Of a DNA stretch of 64,000 nucleotides, positions 49,701 through 62,794 are shown piece after piece; position 1 is the stretch's first letter, and the number at the start of each line of letters is the position of its first letter. Below the pieces are notes generated by a model. The model did not search any database and was not told where the DNA came from. It saw nothing but the letters and a program-made list of their open reading frames with translations. Location: positions 231,935 through 295,934 of the forward strand of contig NMRA01000537.1 in NCBI GenBank assembly GCA_002633005.1, read 5' to 3'. Made by a program: the position numbers and the translations under genes. The stretch comes from Phoronis australis. Its lineage: Eukaryota; Animalia; Phoronida.

Positions 49701-52700
49701 GCTCTGTTCTGTACGGTAGCTTTCATCCGACAATATTTTGAAAAATTGCAGCATTTGCAACTAGAAACCCTTGAAAAACGGGAAAAAGGAGCAACTTAAG
49801 AATTCTTTTTGTCGAAAGTTGATGAGATTTTACCGATTTAGACAACTTTGTAGTTTAGTCACTTTGCACGTATCTGATGCAATTTCAATTTCAGACAAAG
49901 TTTTGGTTGATGCCAGAGGCAAACTTGTTGAAACGAAAAATGGTTGCCGTGCCAAGATTTTAACGGACGATGGCAATGAGATCGATACAATGTTTCTAGA
50001 CAGAAGATCAACTTCGTCAGCGAATGGGAAGACATTGGTAAGTAACGAATGATGTCCCTCGTCAGGACATGTTGAGATATTTATTGAAGAATCTCAGAAA
50101 TAGAGCCTTGAGAATATTGTAGGATTTCTACTATTTTGATGGGGTAGAGGCTTCCATCAAATCAGTGCAGAGCAATTTTACATGCAGTGTTTTTCATAAA
50201 CGGTCTTAGGCATAGGAAGGCTTGTTGTAAGCAGAGGTGGAAACAAATGTGAATGCCCCTCACTCAGGCCCATGATCATGAAACTTAACTCGAGAATCGA
50301 CTCTGAAAAATTTACCAATGACATTTCACAAAAATTTAGGAGTGTTGCATGCATTTGTCAGTTTTCGAGTCAAGTTCAGAGTAAAATTTTGCACGGTGTA
50401 ATATCAACAATTTTGGGCAAAAATAATGGCCGGAAATGATCTTTCCTGGGTTTCGAACTTTGTTGTAAATGCCCAGGATTTCTCAAAACATTGCTTAGTG
50501 CATTATTTAGGACAACTAGCAAGGCTTGGAATTTTTTGCGGAAACGCGGATTTCTGCTTTTTTCAAATGTTTTGTCCGTGTATTTTATTATATTTCCGCG
50601 TAAAAAAATCGGATTTGATGTAAAATTTCCGTGACAAATTCCTTTCTTACCACGGCGTTGCCGACGACTTTCACCTCAGAAAGCGGAAGTTGCTCTTTTT
50701 ATGCGCCCACATATTTATATGTGGACGCATTATGCCGTCATCTCCGTCCGTACGGGCGGCGTCCGTCCGGCGTCTGGCGTCCAGCGTCCGCTGCTCTATC
50801 TCCAAAACCCTTTGACATATGTTCATGAAATTTGGCACATATGTTCCATTCATGAATGGGACGGCATGTGCGAACTTTCGGACAGATCCGACTACCGGTG
50901 TGCCCCCTAGTGGCAATTTTAGTTTTTTACGCTTACCTTTGTATCTTCAAAAGTCCTGAACGGATTTTCATGAAATTTGGTATGTAGGCACCTATTAGTG
51001 AGATGACGCTATCCTACTGTTTTCAGATGGATTCGACGTAGTTTGCGCCACCTAGTGGCCATTTTTACTGTTTTCGAGTCTGTATTTTTGCGTCCACCCC
51101 TCTATCAACCAAACCGCTCAAAGGATGATTGTGAAAATTGGCGTGTATGTGCTTACTATAAGGAAGACAGCTGACGTTGATTTTCAGACGATTTGGACTA
51201 CTGTGGCGCCTCCTAGTGGCAGTTTTGTTTTTTTGCGCCCATGGCTGTATCTCCCAAACCGTTTGCAGGATCTTTACTAAATTTAGCAAGTGTATTTATG
51301 TGATGTTGACAACGGACGATGACGACTTTAGGATGATTCTGACTACCGGTATGCCTCTAGTGGCAATTTTAGTATTTTACATTGACCTCTGTATTTTCAT
51401 AGGTCTTCAGGTGTATACTTTGTGTTACTTCGTGACTATGAAGGAAAAGTTCCAAGTAGAAATTTGTTTCTGGCATTCTAATGCTGTGCTAATCTCGTAT
51501 GTTGGTAAATTTGTTTTTAATTCTATGTTTCTGTGGTGCTTTAAGCAACTGATGCATGGGATGTGCTTGCTTGTATTATGAAGATCACTCACATTTTGAA
51601 ACCTAGCCTATTGAGGAGACAATGACCATGCCTTTCCATTTTGCAAAGTACAACATACTACATATATGCTCTCTACTGGCCACTTTATGGTACCAATAAA
51701 CAACCCTAGAAGGATACCGTATATACGGTGCAATTGTGGGCGCATTTCAACGCTCTGCGTTGCTCTTGTTTGTTTCGGAGGAACGTAAAATGTCAACATT
51801 GCCGGGGCACCTGGGATAGCGTGGTGGATTTTTCAATGGCGACTCGTGTGATTGTAAACCGCCGTGACAAATACTACGACACTGCATCCAAAAGTGTGGA
51901 GGTGGAAGTGGACGGCCGAGCTAAAAAGACGCAGACGCACACCTCTAGAGGTGGTATCGTTTTTTTTTTTTAGTCCTCCCGATTTTTCCGGCTAAAGGTC
52001 CGCACCAGCTATTTCAAGGCTGGGAAGCGCGCATGTTTTGGGCCGTAAAATTTCCGCGTTTTTCGTCATTGGTCATTCCAAGCCCTGAACTAGTTTCTTG
52101 TCAAAAAATGTGAAATAACTTTTCACTTGTGGTGAGATGTTATTGTAGTCACGGCCTTGGATAGAGGCTATAACATTAATTAACATTGTATATTCATTTC
52201 AGGTTGTGTGCAGTGAGGGGAATGCTGCCTTCTATGAGATGGGCTGCTGTGATACCCCCCTGCAGAAGGGGTACTCAGTCCTAGGCTGGAATCACCCAGG
52301 TTTTGCTGGAAGCTCCGTGAGTCTCTTAATTTAATATGCTTTGAATATACTACTGTTTAATTTACCTCTAAGTTTATTATTTGCTTATTTTATTTATAAT
52401 ATGAATGTCCTGTGTGGCATGTAATTAGTTTACTTTTAAGGTTTTGTTTGATCAACTACGCCATCAGTGTGTGTGTCCATAAGCAATACTTTGATAGAAT
52501 TGTGCTGTTATGGTTTTTCTGATTAACATTTTTAATTATCTAAGCTGGTGTTCTATCTAATTAAATGAATGCTTTTCAAAGGTGTTGAATTGTACATTTT
52601 CAACTCCCACATCAGTGGTATCCTTGTACATTATATACATGTGTACATTGTGTTTTATGAAGCAGTTATAAGTAGATGAGAATGATTCCGTACTATTTCA

Positions 52701-55700
52701 TCAGTTTTAGGCCATGATATCAATAAAAAATAAGCGACATGCTTTTGGCAATTAAATTGATAGACCGCATATTTCAAGTTTTCTTAGCATTGTTTTTTTT
52801 TCTTATATTATTATTATCTGTATTATGAGTGGTCATCATTTTTTATGTTACATCGCTGCTTCCGTTATTCCATAGAATAGATACCTAACAGAGTCATACC
52901 CTGTCACATCACTTGAATTATCCATTACAAGTCTGAAAGCCTCAGTTGGGGGACAGAATTGTTTTAGGACCTGTAATGACTAAGTCACGTGATGCGACCA
53001 TTTATGACTATAAACTTCATTGCCATATTTTCAACCCTTGATGCATAATAGCCATTTCCTCTGCATTTGTAGGGTGTTCCGTGGCCGTCTCAGGAACAGA
53101 GTGCTATAGACGGCGTTATGCAGTACGCCATAAACCAGCTCGGTTTCCTACCACAAGACATCATCCTCTTCAGTTGGTCAATAGGGGGCTACTGCAGCTC
53201 CTGGGCGGCCATGAACTACCCAGATGTTAAAGCATTGGTGAGTTCTGGTTAGCGACTTTGGTTTTAGGCTGCAAGTTTTATGTTTTTATTGTCCATGCAC
53301 TTGACGGGCAATTTTGCAGTATTTGTCCATTCCGTTACTGGGAAAAATGCTGAGTAATCATTTGTATCTGCTTAATTTTTGATGTTCGCAAATCATAGTT
53401 TTTTTGTTCCTTTTGGTTTAGAATTTAGTGGAAAAGAATTACATTATATTTTTGTGTGTAATGGAAGTGACGAGCGTTGTGGATTCGCCCTAAAATTTGG
53501 AACAACAGTTAAGTCTGTGTTCGGCCATGTTGTGTTCCCCTTGCATTGAAACTAAACTGAATGCAGAAGAGTGACATTGATAACTTATTTACAGGGGAGA
53601 TAATAGGGTAGATACTACACTTCAATCTGTTACAGACACACTCATGGTTTTAATTACCATAAAACTATTGTGTTGAAATGAAAAAGCACCCGTATACACG
53701 CAACCGCAGTGGTTTCATCTTTGGGTAATAGTCGAGTATAATGTGTCCGCGTTTTGAAAACCAGTTTTCTCCTCTGAATAATGGCCGTCAAACAGGATCT
53801 CAACATGTGAGCACGTTATGTCCGACCATTACCTATCTTTGATTTCACATTTATTCTGACTTTACCCAGTATCCCATGCTAAGTTTTGTGGGATTTCTCC
53901 TCGAGTTTGACTGTCACACTGTGCAAACAAGCACTGTTGCTTGGAAAAAAATTAATTTTGTTTATTTTAATTAATTTTGTCTATGTCTGTGTTACTATTT
54001 CATTTTTGAAATAGCGAAATCATTCCAGAATGACCTCTCAGTTCTTCTCAAACCTAAAAATTATTTCCATGGTAATTTGAGTTAGGAACAAGATGTGGCC
54101 GTTCTTATAGCAGTTAGTGGCAGCAATCAAAAGTTGGTTTTGACACTGGGCCCAAATTTATTAGCTGCGTTAACACGTTGTGTTCAGTCAATGAGATGTC
54201 TAGCTTGAGATTCTGTAATAGGGATAATTGAATGAATGTCCCCGTTTATTTCTAATGGAATGTAAAACCATTCTTTCAGATATTAGATGCCACATTTGAT
54301 CATGTGACTCCTCTTGCCATAGAAAGAATGCCTGCCTCGTGTGGTGAGTGGTCAGAATCTCTCTATATTAAAATTATCTCGTTTTTGTTATCAAGTGACT
54401 GTAATTTGCCATAATCTAGTTCTCATATTTTGTGATGATTAATCAGTGAAAAAGTAGGGACGAGCTTTAAAGGCAGCTGTCATGTCATCAAGTCAAACTG
54501 AGACTTGTTTGGTGCGTAGTTTCACACCTTTATGTCAATAGAATCATAATGCTGGCGTACTATCGTTGAATTAAGAAGCAAAAAGTTGGGGCATTGGTTT
54601 CCAAGCCAACAAGATTTCAATGCTCGTACAGTATACTCCTAAAGTATTCAGATGCCCAACATCCCCACCCCATCATAATTGCGGGGCGGAAGGCAACTTC
54701 ACCATCTGAGTAGCCTTCACTCATGACTGAGAATGAAGGAAATTAACGAGAAATTTTAGTAATTAGAATTTTGTACCAATAATAGTCATTACCAGCCATT
54801 TTTGCTGTTAGACGAATTAGCCGTGGTGACGTGAAAACAGTAGTTATGTCTTGTTCTGTAGAATACAACAACAGTAATACCACAAGATGAAACCACCAAA
54901 CTGCACTTTAGACAAGACTCAAAAACTAGCCAATCGCATAGCACGATTCAAACTTCCTTCTTGGTCCCGTCCAATGAGCTTTCTTTTTATAAATTTGTAA
55001 ATGACAATGATGCATCAACTCGTCTTAATAAAACGTTTTGCTTTGAACTGCGATGAAGATCTCGTGTATGCGCAATGTTTTCTTGCAGTTAATCTGGTCA
55101 GGCTAACCATGAAGACGTATTTGAATCTCAACATAGCGGAGCAGGTCTGCAGGTAGGTAGTCGTGCTTGTGTTTTAGGACCATAGGCATCTGCATTGTTG
55201 GAATTTAGCACAAGTGGAGGAGACAAATTCCCTTCATTATGCCAATTTTGCATGAGGATACAAGAAGAATAAAAAAATGCCTGTTGTTATTAAGTTTGTT
55301 TCGAAGTTTTAAGAAAACCTTGAACGTCTTTGTAGTGCTTTCAGTTTCAAAATCTTGAAACAAAAGCTTGCTTGGGAGATCAAAATTTAAGTCTCTAACC
55401 ATGATCTGGTTACATCGATACATTGTTACAACTCTTGTTTTGTAGTTTGTATGGGTAATATTAAACTATTTTATCGTCACAAATTCCAGTTTCTACCTTT
55501 GTCAGTGCTTGGAATTTTCGTTTTTTAAGAGGATTTCCACTTTCTTGGTTTCGATTTCCTCTTATTGATTTCCAGTTTTCTCTTTCTTTGTCTCTTTTTT
55601 ATCATTATTTTGATGTTATTCATTCAAAAATTTCATTTCACTTAATTTTACAATGCAAAAAAAATATTTCTATCACACAAGCCTATTCATTTGTGGAACA

Positions 55701-58700
55701 ATACATCACACAGGAAATTTTCCTCATTTTTTGTCATTGGTCATTCCAAGCCCCGCTTTCGTCTTCCTGTAGGTACCCTGGCCCCGTCAGGATCATTAGA
55801 CGCACAACGGATGAAATGATCAGCACGTAAGTTTAAGGAAGTGGTAATTTGGAAGGGTTGAGAATGGAAAGGGTGTACAGGTAGTCCATAATGGTAGGAA
55901 GAGGGTAAAGGCAGCTCTCAATAGTTAAGAAGAAATGGATGGCATATTACAGCTCTGTTGTATGCTACATTGTCCCGGCTTTCCAGTTTTACAGACTCTT
56001 TGGTTTTCGTAAGAGTTGCCGTTGTGGTATTTCGTTGTGTTATCGCATGCAGGCTAACTGGCAATAGTCGGATATAACGTGCCCGTATTCTGAGAACCAG
56101 TTCGATGCCCGTTCTTCAGTGGAGAAAACTGGTTCTAAAAATTCGAGCGCGTTATATCCGACCATTACCAGCTAACCCAGGAACATGTTGAAATTAGGTT
56201 GATTCTAATTGACATTTACACATTTTCATAATATTTTCAATAGTCTCACTGATAACATCTGCCCCCAATTCGAGAACCAGTTGATGCCTGTTATTCAGTG
56301 GAGAAAACTGGTTCTCAAAATGTGGGCGCGTTATATTGGACTATTACCGCAATATTTTACCTTAAAGTACATGAACAATGTTTCTGAATGGCATTGCACT
56401 CTCTAAATGATAACTATTTCTTCACTGATCTTTCAGAGACCCCAGCTCTCTAAAGACTAACAGAGGTAACGACCTGCTTATAAAGCTACTACAACATAGG
56501 TAAGTATTGTAAGGAGTTGCTTTAGATAACTATTTTTTTCTTGCCTGCAGTCTTGAACGTGCGACAGCTGGTGTCTTTGTGACTTGGTCTTGGAGCAGTC
56601 TTGATTGAGTGTACAAAGCTCTCCAGGAAGTTACTGCGATTTTTTTAATGTTTAAAAAAATATATTTTTATTTTTTTTTTATTTTTCAGGCATTTTTTAT
56701 TTTTGTGTATTTTTTTCATTTGTTTAGATGTTTGTTTAAAGTCAACAATCACCAGCGTTGTGTAATTTGAATTTTTGTCCATAATGATTTTCTAGGTACG
56801 TAGAGTTTCATTTTAAAAAATCGGGATCAGGCCTTGGCGAATTGTTGCTACTTTTCTAATACAGGCACTTAATGGTCTTAGATTTTACATTGTAAATGTG
56901 TGGACTCAACGAAGGCGAGGGATATCTTATATGTGTTTCGCTTTTTTGCGCAGAGTGTCCGTTTTTCTGCTTCGAGTCGGTGTTTGTTTTTCCTTGACAT
57001 TATCACTGGTTTGGACTTTGAAATAAGGTGACAACAATCAGTGAAAATTGAATCTTTAATTATGTAAAAAGTTTGAATGTGGTGCCTTAATAGGGTGGTT
57101 TTGCAGTCAAAATTGGACCTTGGTTATCAGAATTTGAAAGATGTATTACAATAATTTGTGGGCGGGGTCCATCTAGGAGGTTGTATTTGTAAGTATTTTT
57201 CGTTCCTTTTGACTTTCTGTTACGTTAGATTTGTGGTGAAGAGAAATAGATGTTAATTAGGTTGTATAAATGATCACAGAATGTATTAATGCCTTATGCC
57301 ATCAAGGTCATTAAGCAATTACTAAAATGAGAAATAAAAAGGATGTAAGATCGTTTTGTTAAATTTTTGCAAACTTTTCGTCGGTGACCAAAAAATATGC
57401 TCAATATGTACTTTACGGTGTTGCTGAGGGTGCCACCGACTACCACTGGTGTACAAAATTAAAACTTTTTAAGTTGGCTTCTCGTTGTTTCAGGTATCCA
57501 TGTATAGTTAAGGAAGCAACTATTCCTGTGCTGAGAGATTGGCTTGCATTGTGCAATGGGAATGAGGGTGAGTTAAAGGCACTACTGTTCGGAGTGTCTG
57601 TATTAAAGCAACATGTGCCAAATTTTCTTGTTAAAGTTTGTGTTCCTAATTGTAGAAAATTTATTTCGTAATTATCTTATTGAATTTTTGAACTGCTTCC
57701 TTCCGTTTACCATGATTGTGTTTGCGAGACTTACTTTGTAACTTTGATGTTAGGACACGGTCTATGAGTCACTACTGAGAAGAAAAACCATAATACAGTT
57801 TTTCAGTTATTTCACACAAAAATGGTTGTCAAAATTGTCACTTTTTTGTTTTTCAAATGGCGGTTGCCTTGCTGCACATAGTGGGAGATAAGAATAGACT
57901 AAAAATTTCTTAATAATATTATCCCTTTTTAGAAAATTTGGACAAAATGGAATTTTTAATCCGCCATATTGTCTGCTACATAGGTGGACAGTCACCAAAC
58001 ATTCTGAATTAATACATGCATTTTGTGTTATTGCTAAGTTTCCTAGTACCGTGAACAGGTTTTAACTCTTAACACGATTTGTTTGTGTATCAGAACTACT
58101 TATGAAAGGTTATGCGGGACCTTGTTGACTGGTGGATGTATTCAATCAGATATCTACAAAACTATAGAATTTAACTCGGTAAATGTATATATTTTCTGAA
58201 AGGAGAAAGCTTGTGTATAGTTTGATTTTTGACTTTATACTTATGTGTTGTTATATGTACCAGGTGTCCATGGCTTTTTAGTGAAACTTACCAAAAAAGA
58301 AACCTTGGGTACATTCATACCAAAACAACGGTTTCAATGTATGACCAAATTTTGTTCAATATAACTGTTCAACACAAAACTTTAAAAATGCTGTTACAAT
58401 TTTCTTAATTGTCATTTCATTTTTCTTTTATGCAACTTTTGAGTTTTTCATGGGTATCATGACAGTCCTATTTTTGACAGCCTGTCATGTAAAAGTGGAA
58501 AATTTTAAAGAAACTCCTAACACTGATTTGGAGAACAGTGCGTAAAGCACTGTCACACATTTTTCCATTTGCTGTAAGTCCTTCTCAATTACTCCATAGA
58601 TCTGATGAATGCTTCAGCCTGCTTGTATTTTGGTAAAAACATACTTTTACAGTTCTTATTTGGTCTCAATACGAAGTTAATGAGAGGATGTGTCAGTCAA

Positions 58701-59321
58701 TACTACAATCCTATGTAAGTGAACATGGATCGTCATTCCCTCAAGAAGTTGGCAAAGACTTAGATAACCACACAACCATTCAGTTAGCTTTGTATTTGGT
58801 GAGTTCTTTTACGTTGTCGCCTTAGTATTCAGTCACTTCGAGAGTAATAGACATTAAACTGGTTTTCAAAACGTAGGACTCCTTAAGAGACTGTTGCCAG
58901 CCTTTCTGCACTAAACTGTGATGTGCAGTTTTATTATAATTGTTTCCTCGTGAGTATTACCCTGGCTAACTACTCACATTGAAAATATCCACCCAGTGTC
59001 TGCTACTTAAATGCATCAGGCATCTGCTGACAAGTGAATTCTGACCATCCACTTTGTGCCCGTCCCACAACTTCAAGTGACTCATTGTTCTTGTTCTCCA
59101 TTGGCAGGCATCAGTTCACCTGACTGACTTTGACTCCGCCCACTGCGTGCCCCTCCCACCACTTTAGATGACTCATTGTTCTCATTTTCCATTGGCAGGC
59201 ATCAGTTCACCTGACTGACTTCGACTCCACCCACTGTGTACCTCTCCCAGCAGGGTTTTTCACTTTGCCCTGGACTGCTTCAACTAAAGATGAGAACCAC
59301 ACACCTTCGACTAAGCTGTAA
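43740..59321 (+). CDS. ABHD16A: Phosphatidylserine lipase ABHD16A (BAT5), alpha/beta hydrolase, complete, about 533 aa
   Basis: 17 phase-consistent exons: 43740-43808, 45628-45684, 46218-46284, 46965-47051, 47679-47817, 48245-48343, 48859-48932, 49895-50037, 52203-52316, 53073-53237, 54280-54343, 55089-55152, 55773-55826, 56437-56499, 57494-57567, 58653-58798, 59199-59321 (1602 nt total). Motifs: MATFLKCIFGPRLF, YDFDFRYWPV, TFGRRMLYPGS, DGNEIDTMFLDRR, CSEGNAAFYE, GYSVLGWNHPGF, WSIGG nucleophile, ILDATFD, RRTTDEMI, NRGNDLL, DSTHCVPLP (catalytic His). Confidence 0.96.
46467..46679. mobile_element. 213-bp MITE with CAGTGGCAGATCTA TIR and 5-bp TSD
   Basis: CAGTGGCAGATCTAC...GTAGATCAGCCTCTG flanked by ACTGG/ACTGG; related ends near 27, 35788, 36243, 42883 and 63877. 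Confidence 0.75.
47063..47355. mobile_element. About 300-bp MITE of a TA-flanked (Tc1/mariner-like) family
   Basis: ATTCTCCAATTT(A/G)GGACAG-type inverted ends and a TTGCTCAAGGTCGGAGCTTGTCC core; relatives at about 23990-24255, 29085-29385, 34255-34615 and 61060-61430. Confidence 0.6.
50520..52087 (+). mobile_element. hAT-like MITE (6-bp TSD) interrupted by a nested insertion
   Basis: CAAGGCTTGGAAT...ATTCCAAGCCCTG flanked by AACTAG/AACTAG; its two halves match 30567-31076. Confidence 0.85.
50697..51769 (+). mobile_element. Helentron-associated interspersed element (HINE-like) nested in the MITE
   Basis: Inserted in a T run; subterminal IR ATGCGCCCACA/TGTGGGCGCAT; GTCC-type microsatellite; four internal units of about 150 bp (CTAGTGGC core); 3' hairpin CAACGC-TCT-GCGTTG followed by CTCTTG. 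Confidence 0.75.
53724..53833. mobile_element. 110-bp palindromic MITE with GGTAATAGTCG termini (Merlin-like)
   Basis: Self-complementary arms; flanks CATCTTTG/TATCTTTG. Confidence 0.7.
55503..55755. mobile_element. Second copy of the short hAT-like MITE (see 2728-2980)
   Basis: CAGTGCTTGGAAT...ATTCCAAGCCCCG; ends 17 nt before ABHD16A exon 13. Confidence 0.7.
56060..56348. mobile_element. Two adjacent copies of the 110-bp palindromic MITE (56060-56169 and about 56236-56348)
   Basis: GGCAATAGTCGGATATAACG...CGTTATATCCGACCATTACC; flanks GGCTAACT/AGCTAACC; a further copy lies at about 34795-34912. Confidence 0.7.
59010..59250 (+). repeat. Tandem triplication (about 90-bp period) of the acceptor and start of the ABHD16A terminal exon
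   Basis: CAG|GCATC at 59020 (degenerate), 59108 and 59199. Confidence 0.85.
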
Positions 59322-62300
59322 TATTAACAGCTGTGCCATAAAAAAAACTCAAGACAGTAAACTGTAACAAAGAGACTATAGTCAAGGCAAGATATTTCAG
59401 ATGCCATCGTCATAGAATCGAAAGGCAAAACTGAAAATTGCGCGAGTGCTTGATGAGCATTTTTTGCTTTCACCATATTCAAGATATGTCACTTTTGTTC
59501 TGATATCATGTCCCAGAATGGTAGATTTTGAATTAATACTGTTTGGGCTCATTTGTGTTAACATTAATAAGCAATTTTGTATGACTTTCTAATTAGGTCA
59601 TGTATGGCTTCTTCACGTATTTAGCACACAATATGGCAGAAAACTGAAGTTCTGTTTTGTCAATTTTTCCATCAAAAGAAAGATTAATTACGAAAATTTT
59701 TGTCTTCTAGCATGGTTTGCACTGTGTGGGTGTCATAAAACCATTTTTGGCAAATTTATTATCAATATTTCCAGTAAAGTAATCAGTATTTGAAAAATAG
59801 GAAAATGACAATTTTTGCGATTCTTTTTGTGCAAAATAAGTGAATTATTGTGCTATTTGTCATTCGTCGAGGTTTATACATGTGGCTAATATACTTAATA
59901 TACTGTAACACCTTGTGACCCATGGGCCTGAACTGGGAATGCTTTATCTTTGCTCATTACAAGTGCTTTGCACATATGTGCATGTACTTTAGCATTTTTT
60001 GCTTTTTTAAAAGTTTGGATGTTTTGCGTGTCTTTTTCGCATTCTTTCTAGATGTCAGGAGATTAGTTTATCTTGAAATGAAAAACACTCGTCTGTCATT
60101 TTGTAATGGATGTCAACATCCACTCACACACTATCTGAAGTATTTTCACGTTGGTTTTAGTCATGTGTTTCACATACCGGTAATGGCTCACTATTTGCCT
60201 GATGCACAGGGGTGCATTGGTTTAAGTTTGCGTCTTCAGTAAAATCATACCAATTTCGGGAAAAAATCGCTAAAATTACATTTTTTTCATTTTTCAAGGT
60301 CTTCTAAGAGTGTTGTGAATGACCACGTTTTTCAAAATATTTTCTGATAGCTATGTCGGATAGCTATGTCAGATAGCTATGTCACATAGATTGAACATGG
60401 TAGGGAATTTATTTGATGCTCTGCGCTTTTGTAAAAAATAAAATTTAACTCGCTTTCTATATTTTGTCCTGAATTGGCAAGATTTGTTTTCAATACTTTT
60501 TGATTCCCTGGAAAATCACCAGCAGTGTTCTGTACTCACTTCTCAAAATTGATTTGAAAGAGGCATCTTGTGCAGTTCCCTAAGCGCCAAGTTGTGCGAG
60601 GTCTTGTCTAAAGTCTCTCTGTGATGTCTGAGCTATTTGCTTATTTCTGGAGGACGTTTTGGTTAGTAAAGGCAATCTCGTATTGTGTCAACTCGGCAGG
60701 AAGTGATTCGAACGGTTTATAAGTGTGTTGCTGTTACAGATACGATGGAAAAGAAAAAGCGAAGCATTCAAGATGTAACATGTGATTTTATATTTATTAA
60801 ATATACAACGTATCTTGTGAATTCGCGATTTACATTCTGCTTTCTTGCGCTTTTGATTTGTCTCAGTACGAATTACATGATATTAAGCAATATCGGCTCC
60901 TACTTTGTTGATATTAAAATAATATATATCATCTGATTCCATATCAGTATTTCCTGAATTAGACACATAGGATTGTCTGAACGTATTCCTTGGCATAAAG
61001 ATCAAAAAGGAAAATCAAGTACTTGTTCATATGGAACCTAGCCACATGAAACAGACTGCAGTAAAAGATTCTCCAGTTTGTGACAGCGAAAATTATTTTT
61101 CTCAAGCTCGGAGTTTGCACCAAATTTTAGAAATAGTCGAAATTTGCCGTCCCAAATTTACGAATTACGATAAACGACAAATAATCCTTCACCTCCATGC
61201 TACACACTATGGGCACCCATAAAAATATTGCATTGGCGGCCATTTTTGACGGTATGATGGAACTACAGTGTTCAGACTCCATTGATACAAAATGCACCGA
61301 TATTTGAGTAAAATGATGAAGTCAATATCCCCCTACGTCCCGATTTTCAGAATAAAGAAAATTCCATTCTGGTTTGAATTTTGTTGTCCCCAATTTTAGA
61401 GACTGTCCCAAACTGGAGAATATATACCGTAGCACAATTTCCTAAACTATTTTAATTAGTACACTCAAACTGCATTACAACGAACCTTAATTGCAGTAGT
61501 TTGAAATTTTTCTTGTAACCCACGTTCACTATAACCGAATCGACTTGCTTGTAAGGGAGTTGTAGAATGGACCATTTATGGAGCAAACATTACGTAATCC
61601 GATTCAACTGTACAAACGTTTCGTTGATGCAGAATGCTCTCTTATCATTGGTCAACACATTATACATAGAATAGTCTAATAATACTTCATGTCAATGTCA
61701 ACAGACTTTTTGCGAGACATGCAGCAAGGTGGATTATTGTCCACTTTTTTGTTTCATGTTGTTAACCTGCTGCATGGCAGGAATTGACCTGTCGCAAGCT
61801 CCGCCTCGTTGCGAAAAGTCAACAAGTTTTACCCGGCAATGTGTTGTTTGTCGGGTAAAATGGCGTCTTGGAAACGAAGGTGTGCCAAGAATGTTGCGTT
61901 CTGATTGGTCATCAAAGCCGTCACTCAAATTCCTGGCGATAGGTCAATTCGTCTGAGCTTTGTTATATCTCGTGCTGGTTCCCAAATGCTTGTGCAAGGA
62001 TTTGCAACAGGATGTCAATTTTGTGCCACGTCTTCTAAGTTTGAAACCTCGCAAGTGGTCTATTGGATCACCTTATTGGACAATAAGTGATCATGTGACT
62101 AATGAAACATGGGGCTTTTAATGTTGAGCTAGGACACAAGGCACACATGAGTGGACTGTAGGGCACAATGTCTGGCACTGCAACCAATCAGCATCCAGTA
62201 ACCTTGTCTAGAACTTCGACGGAATACGCACTAGTAAAAGAAGAAACTGAGACCTTGCATGAAGACTAAATAAGATTTTTTAAGTCCACAGGAAGTTCAA

Positions 62301-62794
62301 CAACCAGTGCCAGGAAATGGGCTGTTAACTTCTATTGTCTTATGAGGTTCTTGTCTTATACACTTCATACACTGGCATTTCCACCAGTGGCAGATTCAAG
62401 AGCACCATAAGGGTAACAAAGACATGACTGAGCTATGACCGCCGACTGATATTTGACCTTTGATGACAGGGGTCAGGATTGAGATCGTACTCATTAAAGT
62501 AGTCCGTGCATCATTAATCACATACCGTTTTTGTACATTTTACAGTTTTTTCTTCATCACTTTCCAAGATTAGATATTTCCAACAATTTGTTATCACTGC
62601 AACAGCATCGTACAAAAACTATCACAACTTTATTTTAAAATTTCTGCTCTAGCATCGATAACATCTTCTGCACAGAAGCAAACTTTTGTCTAAACCCTCC
62701 TCTCCGTCTCGCGCACGCACACTCATGTTGCTGCATCACCTATTAGCCATGATATCAAATATAAACATTTTGATAAACGCATAAATTAACTAAT

